From: Callorhinchus milii | Taxonomy: Eukaryota | Length of the DNA stretch: 64,000 nucleotides | NCBI RefSeq assembly: GCF_018977255.1 | Contig: NW_024704743.1 | Coordinates: forward strand, 85,748,001-85,812,000 | Direction of reading: 5' to 3' | Shown: piece by piece, positions 52,669 through 64,000 of the stretch | Layout of the letters: every line of letters starts with the position of its first letter | Numbering within the stretch: position 1 is the first letter of the stretch | Translations under genes and position numbers: made by a program | The notes under the pieces: model-generated | The model's input: only the letters and a program-made list of their open reading frames with translations | What the model was told of the DNA's origin: nothing | Databases searched by the model: none

Positions 52669-53519
52669 ATTCTAAAAGTGGATCCTCATTGATTTACAAA
52701 GTCAAGCACTCTAGGTACTAAAGCTGTTCAATAAATAGCACACAGTGCTTCAGTGGTCCGCACAATGCAATTCACCTGACATGTATAATCTTCAATACTG
52801 AACATTTCCTTTTGTCACATTATATCTATCCTCAGGAGCTTACAGACAGGTTTGTTTTTAATTATTTTCAATATTGCTTTCCTCTCTGAAAGTAAATTGT
52901 TCCATTTTACTGTTCAATTTATGTCGCAATGAGCCGGCATGTGGCACAAATCATTGTCACTGTTGCTGATGCGAATGGAAATGGCCCAGAATGTGATTTT
53001 TGACCCCTGCATTTATATATTGCTGCAGTGCAATGTATGCGAATCAGGTGCACAGTAAAATAAAATAAATATCACCATAAAAGACACACAATTTCTATAC
53101 TCTAAGCCATCTAAGTACTATTAAGTAAATAGCGTATGCAGAAGAGAATTTAATTTGCAGATAACTAGGCATCTTTTACAACCAGAACAAAGTTTTATGG
53201 CATCTGCTCTTAACTAAATGGGGAACTGCACTGCTTGCACGAAAGGTAAATGAAGCAATTTGGGTTCATTTAAACATGATTTGAAAAGGAATTTTTGACC
53301 AAGCTGAAGTCTGTAGATGATTAGAAGGTGAAAAGAGGTTCCAATTCAGGATGAAGAGAAAATATAAGAAAAATAATGAATGGGGGTGGGGGCGAGGGGG
53401 GGCTAAGGAATGTGTTGAAAGTTGAGTTCAAATATTTTAATAACAAGGCAAAATGCATATAGAACAGAAGTCAAGCCACTTTTTCACTATGTTTGCCAGC
53501 AGAAGCAGCCATAGAGAAT

Positions 53520-53695
53520 TTCCTGCACCAAAAGCATTGCTATTGCAACAACACATTATCAATAGGATAAAATGATTCTCTCTCATGGTGATCTAAACCC
53601 AGTTCACGTTCCCTATTTTTGGGAGAACAACCCAATGTTCAGCAAATTCTGCTTCACAACAAGAAGAACAGCCAAAATCAAAAGATTAAAAAGTG
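53520..53695 (-). pseudogene. Decayed 28S rRNA-derived fragment, copy 2
   Basis: gcaacaacacattatcaatagg, tctaaacccagttcacgttccctatt, aattctgcttcacaa match reverse-complement LSU rRNA. Confidence 0.85.
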
Positions 53696-55124
53696 TTTTC
53701 AATTTGGATTTCCCATTGTTTCTGCAGTGAATTGCTCCAGAATGTCAGTGTCAGAGCAAAGTGAGATTATATAATGATGCAGATGAAACAATGATATATT
53801 CTTTAGACATGTGCAAGGCCTTTCAGACAATTAAATAATAATAATAATCATTGCATTTAATGTAGTTCCTTTCACATGAGGAGGACATCTAAAAACGCTT
53901 CACCGGATTTACTATACAGTGTAGTGACTGTGTATTTTTTAGGTGAAAATATTACCCACGTCATTGCTAGCTGAATAATGGTAGCAGACCTGGATGGGAA
54001 CAAAGACTGGAAGCCAAGCTGCTTGATATTCAGGCACATCTCCCATCTCTGCTACCATCATTTCAATATTGGGCAATTGCAAAACTATCTTTGCACAAAC
54101 TGTATGACTTCATCATGCTACATAGATAACAGCAATGACAAATATTGGAAATGCTGCTGTTTCTGTACGGTAAAGCTCCATTTAATTTAATCCTTGCAAT
54201 TGATATAGTGCCTTATCACATTGTTGAGACGTCTCAAAGCGCTTTACAGGATACAATGTAAAGTGGATTAACTATGCATTTTGTGGGCGAAACACTGTAG
54301 AATTGCACACAGCAGTGTCCTGCAAACAGAGCAAAGCTCACTTCTCAGCATCTCTGCTTTTTGATCCGACTGTTCCATTAGAGAAACCCAGAATCAGAAG
54401 TACAAGGATACCCAGTGAAAGTATCAACACCATTGTGTCGCACAAACATGCTAGAGAGCGGAAGATGGACGTCTGACGGGAATAAATGATTTCAGCCAAT
54501 GTATCAATCCATGGAAGACGATTGGCATTATTGTTCAGTGAGAATATAATGCTTTAGTAATTACAGAACTTAAAAAAAATTCATATAATTCTAGTGGCAT
54601 GTTGACTTATCATTCTCCTACGTATGGCGCAGACACACATCCCCTTCCCATTGAGCAATAGTTCCGCCAGTTGCCCCATAACATTTTCTCCCAGAGGTGA
54701 CAGAGCTCTAAGACGATACTCAGTCGCTGGACACATTTTTCAAATTGGTTGAATACCAAGAACACAATGACGCTGAACAAATTGGCTTTTAGCTTAAACC
54801 TCAGGAAGGTTCCAGCACTCATTGTTATTTTAAGAGTGTCTCTTGTTTGTTTGCTTTTATATGTGTTAAGTTTCTTCTTTTTCCAAGTGTCAAAGAAAGA
54901 TTTCTCCAGGGATCAGATGATGAAAATCCCAGAGTCTGCTTGCCGCAAAGCAAAAGGTGTTCCACCTCTGATTTTAAAATCCACATTGAGTGTGGAATTT
55001 ACAAATATACAAATATACAGTCAATTCATTTTACAATATATTCTGTGAAGCGCTTTAAGACGTCTAGAGGACGCGAAAAGCGCTATATCAAATGCAAGGA
55101 TTATTATTATTATTACTAAATCTA

Positions 55125-55850
55125 GGTTGACACTCCATTACTGGGGCTGTGCTCCATTGTTGGAGGTGATAATAATAATAATCCTTGTATTTAATATAGC
55201 GCCTTATCACATCTTTGAGACATGTCAAGGTACTTCACAGAATATACTGTAAAGCGAATTGACTGTAGGTGAAACGTGGTAGGCAATTCTGCACAGCAGT
55301 GTCCCACAAACAGTCATGGATTGAAGTGACCACCACAAACAGTTGTGGATTGAAGTGACCAATTTATTATTTTTTGAAGGAATTATTACCCACAGAAAAG
55401 CGATCTGCCAACCGACTAACAATCAGGTTCCTACTTATCACTAGCTAAACAGAAGCGTATGGAGTAAGAAAAGTCACCCTGCCGGGAATCAAACCCAGGT
55501 CTTTCGCTTGTGAGGCGAATGCTCTAACCACTGAGCTACAGCACTCCAATGTAGCTCAGTGATGTCCGTCAGATGAGAATGAGGTCCCATTTACCTGCTC
55601 AGGTGGGCTTTAAAAAAACTATAGCACTACTTGAAAGAGAAGGGAGTTTTTCAGTGTCCTTAACTAACAATTCCCCAAATAAAATTGGTCATTCATTTCT
55701 TGGCTGTTTGTGGAACATTGTTGTGAACTAATTGGCTGCCGCATTCACCTAGAATACCTGTCAATATTTTATATTTAATCCTGCAAAATGTTTTGAGACA
55801 TCCTCTCGACAGGTGAAATGTGCTATATCAAATGCAAAGATTATTATTAT
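55125..55850 (+). mobile_element. Deu-SINE host interrupted by a younger SINE
   Basis: cattgttggaggtgat before the insert and gtccgtcagatgag...gctcaggtgg after it. Confidence 0.78.
55170..55549 (-). mobile_element. Short young SINE with an internal 29-bp tandem duplication
   Basis: Full head; ccacaaacagt..tggattgaagtgacca twice at about 55304-55361. Confidence 0.9.
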
Positions 55851-56479
55851 TGCATTATTTTGGTGGGGGAAGAATATGAGGGCTTGCTAAATTGATTTAA
55901 TGGCATTCCCTGCATAAGGAACTAAATGTGACTAGGAATACCTGTATCACAATTTTGATCCCTATATTTCCAATATAAATACCCATGTTTCTTATTGTGA
56001 CTCCAAAAACAGATATCAAACGGTTGCTCTCCAGCTAACATGGTGACATAGAAAATGTGGCAACAGGTGGGAAATTGCATTGTGCAAGTGAAGAGGTGCA
56101 TTGTTCACAGTGCAAAGAGGCTCATATGCATATTTATAGAAACAGAGGAGAGTAGACTTGAAGCTGGCAAAGGAACACACTGTACCCGACAAAATGAGGA
56201 AACATATTCTGTTGCTATGGCGACACTACTTGGTAGGAATTAGAAACCACTAAAAAAAAATCCTTGACTTTTTTTGCATATTTAAAATAAGCAAAAGGAT
56301 TTATAGGTGTAAAACTTATTGCAATTTTCAATCCATTGCAATTTACTTTGGACAAATTGTCTTTTTTGCTCATTTCTCTTCATTTTTTTCTTAACCACAA
56401 AGAGTAATTGTTGCTTGTAGCTATCGGTTATCCTCCTTACATTTCTTATTTATAACAATCTTTGTATTTGATATAATAT

Positions 56480-56765
56480 TAATAATAATCCTTGCATTTG
56501 ATATAGCGCTATATCAAGTCTTCAAGATGTCTCAAAGCGCTTCACAGAATGTACTGTAAAGTGAATTGACAGTATAGTTGTGGGCGAAACGCGGCAGCCA
56601 ATTACGCACAACAGTGTCCCACAAACAGTTGTGGATAGAAATGACCAATTTTTTTTTGAAGAAATTATTATCCCCAGAAAAGCGATCCACCAATCGACTA
56701 ACAATCGGGTTCCTACTTACGGCTAGGTAAACAGAGGAATGTGGAGTAAGGAAACTTGCCCAACA
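56480..56765 (-). mobile_element. Short young SINE, headless
   Basis: Tail plus gaaaagcgatccaccaatcgactaacaatc body shared with the copies near 39600 and 55400. Confidence 0.88.
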
Positions 56766-56799
56766 TTTTAGCACCTTCCATATCTTGGAAACATTCTCT

Positions 56800-56905
56800 T
56801 AAAGCTTCACCATGCTTAAGAATATCCATAACAGATGGAGATCTCCACATATGCATGTCATCTGACCATGGAGATGTCCCTGTGTCTGGAATGGAATACA
56901 TACTT
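56800..56905. repeat. Unclassified interspersed repeat, copy 3 of 3
   Basis: tcaccatgcttaagaatatc...ccacatatgcatgtcatct...ccctgtgtctggaatg. Confidence 0.65.
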
Positions 56906-57644
56906 TCTTGCTGGAGGGATGCACTCTACTTACCTAATTTTGGAGAGTGTTCGGCTCAGACTGGCAACAGCCAGCACTTTGGGATTTGGGGAACGCGTGT
57001 TGCGATACTGCTGGAGTTTAACCAGCTAAAGCAGTCTGTTATCAGCAGTGCAATGGACTGTCACAGAGAATTGACTAATCCAACATCTCATTGGCAAGCA
57101 CATAACCTTGGAGCCAGCTCAGCTCCAAGAAGACTCTGCTTACCTCCCACTTCCCCCTCGCCCTTCAAGGAGAATAGTTATCACTATTTGTGGGACATTG
57201 CTGTATGCATATTGCCTGCCTGTAATTTCACAGTCACTACACCTAGCAATAAATCACTAGCAATAGATAGATATATATACAAATAAAATTTAAGACATTT
57301 TGACAACATTATGAGGCTATATATTAAATGCAAGATTATTATAATATTACTATAAAACTCTGGCGATTTCAAATGAGATTTTCTAAATCAAAAATCTGGC
57401 ATTGCAAATTGTCAGTCATAATGTCTTTCATCATGATTTCTCTGACAAATGGAGAACTACTCTACCCAGCATCCAGTAATCCCAGGTTGAGGATAGCATG
57501 ATTAGTGCAAAATAAAAATTGTCTTCCCAGCAAAATACTTCAGTCACATTCTTTACCAGTTAACTCTCCACTGCACCAATGTAATATTTTCTATTTCCCA
57601 GACCAGCCATTGTATGGCTCCTCTGTTAATTTAGGCATAAATTA

Positions 57645-57937
57645 ATAACAACAAAAACAACAACAAAATTACATTTGTATAGTGGGTTTCACATCGGGAG
57701 GATGTCCCAAGGTGTTGGACAGACAGAAGGTACGGACCTGAGCTGAGGGTCGGGGTGGGGGGGGGGGCAGGGGGGGAAGCAGGGTGATCGAAAGCACGGT
57801 GAAAAAGGAGGGTCTTGAGGTGGGTCTTGAAGGTGGCGAGGGAGGGGGCGTGACGGAGGGACTGCGGGATGGAGTTCCAGAGGGTGGGTGCAGAGTGGCA
57901 GAAGGCCCACCCGCCGATAGTTGGGTGAGCAAGGCGG
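57645..57937 (-). mobile_element. L2 3' fragment
   Basis: SAPTLWNSIPQSLRHAPSLATFKTHLKTLLF. Confidence 0.9.
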
Positions 57938-58079
57938 TAATTAAGGGTAGTTTTTAGTGTTGTAAGACAATAGATCATGGCTACTTTAGATTGCTCAAAT
58001 CTTTTTGACACAGGGGCCCTTACATGACAGCCAAGGGCAGTGAAGACCTTATCCTATCATATATTTTGTTGGTGTTCAC

Positions 58080-58710
58080 CTACAAGATAGACAGACTGGT
58101 GAAATGGGAAGGCACTTAGCAGATGAAGTTTAATGTGGAGAAATGCAACGTGACGCATTTTGGGAGGAAGACTGAGGAGAGGCAACATGAACTAGATGGT
58201 ACAATCTTAAAGGGGGTGAAGGAACAGAGAGAACTGGGGCTTCATATAAGGTGGCAGGACATGCAGACAAAGCTGTTAAAATAGCATACAGGATACTAGG
58301 CTTTATAAACGGAAGCATAGAATACAAAAGTCAGGAAGTTATGATGAACCTTTATAAAACAAATGCTGGTTAGGCCTCAGCTCGAGACTGTGTTCAGTTC
58401 TGGGATCCACATTTTAGGAAAGATGTCAAGGCATTGGAGAGGGTGCAAAGGAGATTTACCAGGATGGAAGTGTGGAGAAATGTTTTCACCCAGCGAGTTG
58501 TTCGCATCTGGAATACATTGCCTGAAAGGGTGGTGGAAGCCAATTTGATAACAACCTTTAAGAAAGTAGAAAATTATTTGCAGCGCTATGGGGAGAGAGC
58601 GGGGAGTGGGATTGATTTAGATAGTTCTTTTCAAAGAGCCGGCATAGACAGAATGGGCCGAATGGCCTCAGTCTGTGCTGTATAATTCTAGGATTCTATG
58701 AATCTATGAA
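58080..58710 (+). mobile_element. CR1 3' fragment with internal deletion
   Basis: ERVQRRFTRM joined to FTQRVVRIWNTLPERVVEA; attctatga tail. Confidence 0.9.
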
Positions 58711-60085
58711 GACACACAGTCAACTGCACTTTATAGTAAATCTTGTGAAGCACTGTTAGACCTCCTCCCGATGTGAAATGTGCGATATCAAATGTAAGGT
58801 TTTTAAAATTATATATTTATCTATCTATGTGGGCTAGTTTTAAAACTAGGTTTCACAGCTACTATGTGTATTGTGAATTGCCCACTTACTATCGAGTGTC
58901 CAGTGGCATTCATGATATGAACAGCAGGTCTGCACTCAGAAAAGAACGTGCATCAGCTACAATGCTCTTGACAGATACCATCACATGATTCCATAAAAGC
59001 TTCAGGCTGCACACCAGCTGGTATCAGAAAGCTAATGCAGAGGTAATGTGCATTCTAAGGGAAGTCAACATGTCTATTGCGTGGTACACGATTGATTAAA
59101 TGAATAAAATGTTTAAATAATTGTAAGAACATTTTTTTGGAGGAATCGGAGGAGGAGGAATAAAAGTCAAAATAATCATATGCCTTTTTTATCACCTTGA
59201 TAACACATGATAAAATACTCAGAGGGGGCCTTTAAAGAGGTGTGTAACATTTTAAATGGGATAGAAAAAAATCTAGATCATTACTTTACTATGCACAAAC
59301 AGTTGAACAAGAGGACATAGGTTTACAGCTGCAAAGGATAATTTCAGCACAGATATCAAGAAGATTTTCTTTACTGAGAGGATAATCAATAACTGGAACA
59401 AGAGGCCAGGACACTGGACTAGTTAAAAAGCAGCTGGGCGTTCTGGATGGAGAGATCAGATGGGCTGAAGGGCCTAAACCTGTATCCTCTTGTTCCACTA
59501 TGTTGATACATCTTAAAGTATTGATCTGGGTTCAATTTTTCAATTCCGTTAAAAAAATTGAATACCTCTATGAGATCCCCTCTGAGTCATCATCTGTCAA
59601 GAATGAAGAGCCCTAGCTTGTCTAATCATTATTCAGTTTTCTACATGCTGTCCAAATATTTCTGAAGTGCAATTAAAGGTATTTCAAAAGATCAATCTCC
59701 TCTGAATAATCACTCTACTGTAGTTTAGTATCTTCAAGATCATTACAGCTTCAAAGAGGCATTGAGATTAAAAGATCTGCCAAGATCTAATAAACTGATG
59801 GAACAGGCACAATGGATTGAATGACCTCCTCCTGTTCCTATTTTCTCAAGTTGTTTTCAAAAGGAGTCCTGACTTTTACCATCCTGACACTGACCTGCAG
59901 CCATTTTCACAGGCCCAAGCTCTTGTTTTTATAACGGGGGTTGCCCTGTATGTTGATGTGATAATTATCACCAGTGATGATTTCAGTTATATCGCCTCCC
60001 ATCTCCACAATAATATGCTAAAAATGAAGAAGGAGAATCATTTCAATTTATTTAATAATGACTCATTCAGCAATTGATTGACTTC

Positions 60086-60750
60086 TGTAAGCAATCCTAG
60101 AGTTCTGAGTTGTGTTATATTGACCAAAGAAAATCGCAAAGACTCAAGGATTTTTTACTTCATAGAAGCTGAGTATATGACTCAAACTCATGAAGACCAA
60201 GGACAATGGGAAACAAGTGGAAGTGTGTTTACAGACAAAGTTTCAGCATCATCACTGATAAGGTTCTCTCTGCAGGTAGATTGCTTATTGTTAGCTACAC
60301 AATGGACATTAAATCTGTGGTACTTAGACTTGTTTGAAACAAACTGTAAGAATTTTGATAAAGGTGAGGGGATGTTGATACTGATGGATATCGGTGACAG
60401 GAGGAGACTGACTCAAAAGATGTTTTTAGTAGAACTGAATTCCAGATGTCTTTACAAGGTTGATGTATGTGTCTTTACAAGGTATAAAAGTAAGGATAAT
60501 TTTCAACGAAATCAGAAGAGAGATTTGGGAATAGACTAGATACCTGTACCCATTCCAGTGAACTTTACTAACCCATCGTAAGCATTCATTTGATTACTAA
60601 CCCTTTGTAAGCATTAATTTGATTTGATGAAACTTATAAATTTGATATGTATAACCTTGCTAATCTTTTATGAAATTTTACTACTTAAAAGGAAATTTGT
60701 GTCAGTTCATACTTCACTGCAAGGTCACAAAATTTAAAATAAACCTTACA
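60086..60750 (+). mobile_element. Solo LTR (665 bp) related to 45829-46595
   Basis: TGTAAG...CTTACA termini; flanks cttc/cgtc (3 of 4 match); gtataaaa box; shared terminal ~50 bp. Confidence 0.72.
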
Positions 60751-61074
60751 CGTCACTGCGGATCTTTCTGCGTATGTTTTTGGGATGGATTGGGAGTTCA
60801 TTTGGAGCCAGCAAGTATGAAGAACACCATCCATTTATCCCATTGGACATTTCAGAATCCCAATCAACCTGCTTGGGCGAGATTCTATCCCCGCTTTCTG
60901 GAACTCCAACCCAGGTATCTCCACTTCGCCCCAGCTTTAAAGCCTGGCTTAAGACCTATCTTTTAAATCACACTGCTGGTCATCTTCCCCCTCCCCCACC
61001 TTCTTCAGCTCCCCCTCCTCCTGCTCATGTTTAATCAGCTCTATGTAGCACTTTGAATTGTTACCTTGTGAATT

Positions 61075-61117
61075 GTTAGTTCTGATGAAAGGTCATCGAC
61101 CTGAAACGTTAACTCAC
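61075..61117 (+). ncRNA. Minimal type I hammerhead-ribozyme motif (Penelope-like element remnant)
   Basis: agtt-CTGATGA-a-aggtc/atc/gacct-GAAA-cg-TT-aact. Confidence 0.65.
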
Positions 61118-61929
61118 TTTCCTCTCTCCAGAACATGGGGACAAATTCCCTGCTCTATTCAAACAATAACATTTCATCTTCAAAGAAAGCAGGAGAAAGC
61201 AGGAACTCAGTTTAGTTTAAAGCAGAGACACCTCTAACTGTACTCCATTGGAGCATCAATCTGGACTACGAGCTCAAGCCAGCCCTGAAGTTAGGCTTGA
61301 ACCCATACCTTTTGACCTGAGTCAAGTGAGACACTGAGAAGATTGGTTACTGTCAGAGAGTGCGCAGCTACAGATGGACTCACTGAGACTCCTCTCACCA
61401 GGCAGCTACACCAATTAAACTTATTCCAGTTCAGAGCATGTTTACCTCTGAAAGGAATAGAGCTCAAGATTAGGTAGTGATCTGCACCTGTGCTCTATGG
61501 GGGAAGCATTACAGGTCTCTCTTCATCTGAATACTTTTCAAAAGACCTCCCAACATTTTTATTAAAAATATAGTATAATATAAATTTATTGTTGATCTAT
61601 ATGGGATTTGGTATCTGTGGTGACCCTTTCTGAGAGCTATAGTTGCAATCTATCATCTTGCACAATGAAAACATGAAATATTCAGGTATAGAGATTCAAA
61701 TAATGCAAGCATGGCATGCAAGCTTACGGAGTTTACAGTAAATGATTAAATTACACTACCATCTATTTGTTAGATATAGATCTTCCTTTGTACAGGAAAA
61801 TACATAGATCTTCCTTACCATTAATATAAAGGAGGATCTGGAATATATTGACTACTCCCAAGGTACAAGTTGTACAGAATAAGGAAATGTATTTGGAAGT
61901 GCAGTTTTAATGTTTAATGGATTTATAAT

Positions 61930-62335
61930 AATAGGAATTCTTGCATTTGATAAAGTGTCAAAACATCTTAAAACACTTTATAAGATTTATTGTAAAATGT
62001 AGAGACTATGTATTTGTAAGCCATCACAGCAGCCAATTTGTCCCTAATACTGTCCTATAAACAGCCATGATCAGATAATCATTTTTATCTGGAAAATTGT
62101 CTCCCAGGATACCTGAAGACACTCCCTTCTCTTTTTGAGAAGAGCTATAGGATCTTTAATGTCCACCTGGACAGGTAACCAGAGCCTCAGCTTGACATCT
62201 CATCTGAAGGATGGCACTTCTTACAATGCAGTGCTCCGCCAGCACTAGAATATCAGACCTGACTATGAGCTCAAAGCCCTGATGTGGGATTTAAACCCAC
62301 AAGCTTCTGGCTCAAGTAACTGAACTAGGTTAATG
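61930..62335 (-). mobile_element. Deu-SINE, near full length
   Basis: ggatctttaatgtccacctggacagg and catctcatctgaaggatggcac are the reversed core. Confidence 0.85.
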
Positions 62336-63436
62336 TCTAATTTTAGTGTATTCCTGTCTTAGCCTCTATGGTGTTCAAAACGGCTCATTGCGGTGTTTTG
62401 TAAATATCTTACCAGGTACTCCCCTAGCATAACGTCTACCTCCAGTGGATCACTACATTGCTAATTGAGGAACTGCAAGGATACAAAAATACAATATCTT
62501 TCACGCTGACTTCATAGGATTAACTTTATAGTGCAATGACTGTGTGTTTTGTGGGTGAACATGGCAGCCAATTTGTGCACAACAATGTCCCAAAACAACC
62601 ATGAAGTGAATGATCAATTTTATTTAATTCTTCCTAACACGAGGCATTTCAAGACTTCTCCGTGGAATCTTGCGATTTGACCTGTATTTTTGAACTTAGC
62701 CAATTCGATGAATGATTTCTGCATTAAGGGACATTTTACCAAACAAGAGAATAATTGCCCCAGGATTCACTCACTATAAATGAAGTTATAAGGTAATAAA
62801 CTCACAATATTTTTGTGACCTTTGATTTTCAGAGTGACTTATTATTATTTTATATCTGGAAAATAAATAACCAAAGAAGCTCAGAGAGTTTCCACTTCTC
62901 ATTTGCCTTGAGGCTGGGAAAGTATTCCTGTGGGTATATTGACAAACGCAGTGAAGTTATTCCCTGTACTTTGCAATTACTGTAATAGGATCTTTATTAT
63001 GCACTAGATAGACAGCTGGGACCTTAAGCTAATGCCGGATTCTGGGAATGGTGCCTTAAACAGCACTGTGTCCCTTGAGTGTAATTTTCTCTGAGTGAGT
63101 GATAACATTTGAACTGCCAGCAACTAGGTGGTAAATCTGTTCGGAGGGATTGCAATTTCCTTTTTGCCTGGGTGTCAGTGACACTTATGGTAATTCCGCC
63201 AAACTAATCAAAATACTCCTTTGTATTTAAATTAAGACCAAATATTGGTGATAGAAAGGGCAAACAAAGTATTATACAAAAAATTTTAGAAAAAAATCAG
63301 AAATGAAAGTGAAACGGATAAATGATGGAGGTGCTAAGAGCAAAAAAGGACAAACTCAGGAGGAGTTTCAAGTCTCATACATCAACATACAAGAAAAGAT
63401 TGAGCTTTGTTACAAGTAACACTGTAACACAAGTAA

Positions 63437-63757
63437 TGTGGAGTCCTGTAGCTCAGTGGTTAGAGCACTCGCTTTGCAAGTGAGAGACCTGAGTTCAATT
63501 CCAGGCAGGGCGAAACCTTGGGCAAGTTTCCTTACTTCACATGCCTAATAATAATCCTTCCAAAACCAAAAACAATAATAAATTGGTCATTTTCATTCCA
63601 TAACTGTTTGTGGGACACTGCTGTGTGCAATTGGCTGCCGCGTTCACCCACAAATATAAAGTCAATTCACTTTACAGTCTATTCTGTGAAGCGCTTTGGG
63701 ACATCTAGACGATGTGAAAAGCGCTATATCAAATGCAAGGATTATTATTATTATTAT
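63437..63757 (+). mobile_element. Short young tRNA-headed SINE, full length
   Basis: tagctcagtggt A box, gagttcaattcc B box, Deu 3' part, L2 tail, (TTA)n. Confidence 0.92.
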
Positions 63758-64000
63758 AACACTGCGTGTAGTGTAAAAAGTTATATGTGAAGTTATAAAT
63801 GAACCCACCTAAATGAGAAGCAGAAATCATAGCTACCCATAAACAGGATCAAGGTGAATGAAGGTCGCTGTAAATTCAGAGACTTAGACCAGGTGAGAAA
63901 AGTTTGGCTAAGCTGTTCTACATAAAAAAGCATGGATGGTGCAGTTGGAGAAGAGACGAGTATGATAAGTTTGGCTCACAACTTTCTCACTACCTGCATG

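Noticed and set aside
56756..57286. 176-aa ORF
   Set aside because: Runs across several unrelated repeat fragments; no recognisable protein.
60078..60539. 153-aa ORF
   Set aside because: Lies within the solo LTR; no gag, pol or env motifs.
63437..63515. tRNA gene (also near 31140-31215, 39670-39731 and 55480-55549)
   Set aside because: These are SINE heads, followed by a shared SINE body and tail, without a clean acceptor stem.

Overview
Repeat-dense vertebrate genomic DNA, inferred to be from a cartilaginous fish because its SINE, L2 and CR1 families resemble those of sharks and chimaeras (recalled, not searched). There is one recognisable host gene: the single coding exon of TMEM74 (8149-8934, minus strand, 261 aa). 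The rest is intergenic or intronic and contains many 5'-truncated, decayed L2-clade and CR1-clade LINE fragments and two tRNA-headed SINE families (Deu-domain type and a shorter, younger type) that share the L2 3' tail. It also contains two related solo LTRs, a Helitron-like tandem array, a two-copy hairpin (MITE-like) element, two decayed copies of the same 28S rRNA segment, a minimal hammerhead-ribozyme motif and several tandem repeats. I found no novel multi-gene system. The most unusual signals are a 204-bp inverted copy of nearby DNA apparently co-inserted at a SINE 5' junction, other templated SINE junctions, the repeated 28S segment and the LTR pair. Boundaries of old repeats are approximate and read by eye; family names come from recalled consensus motifs.
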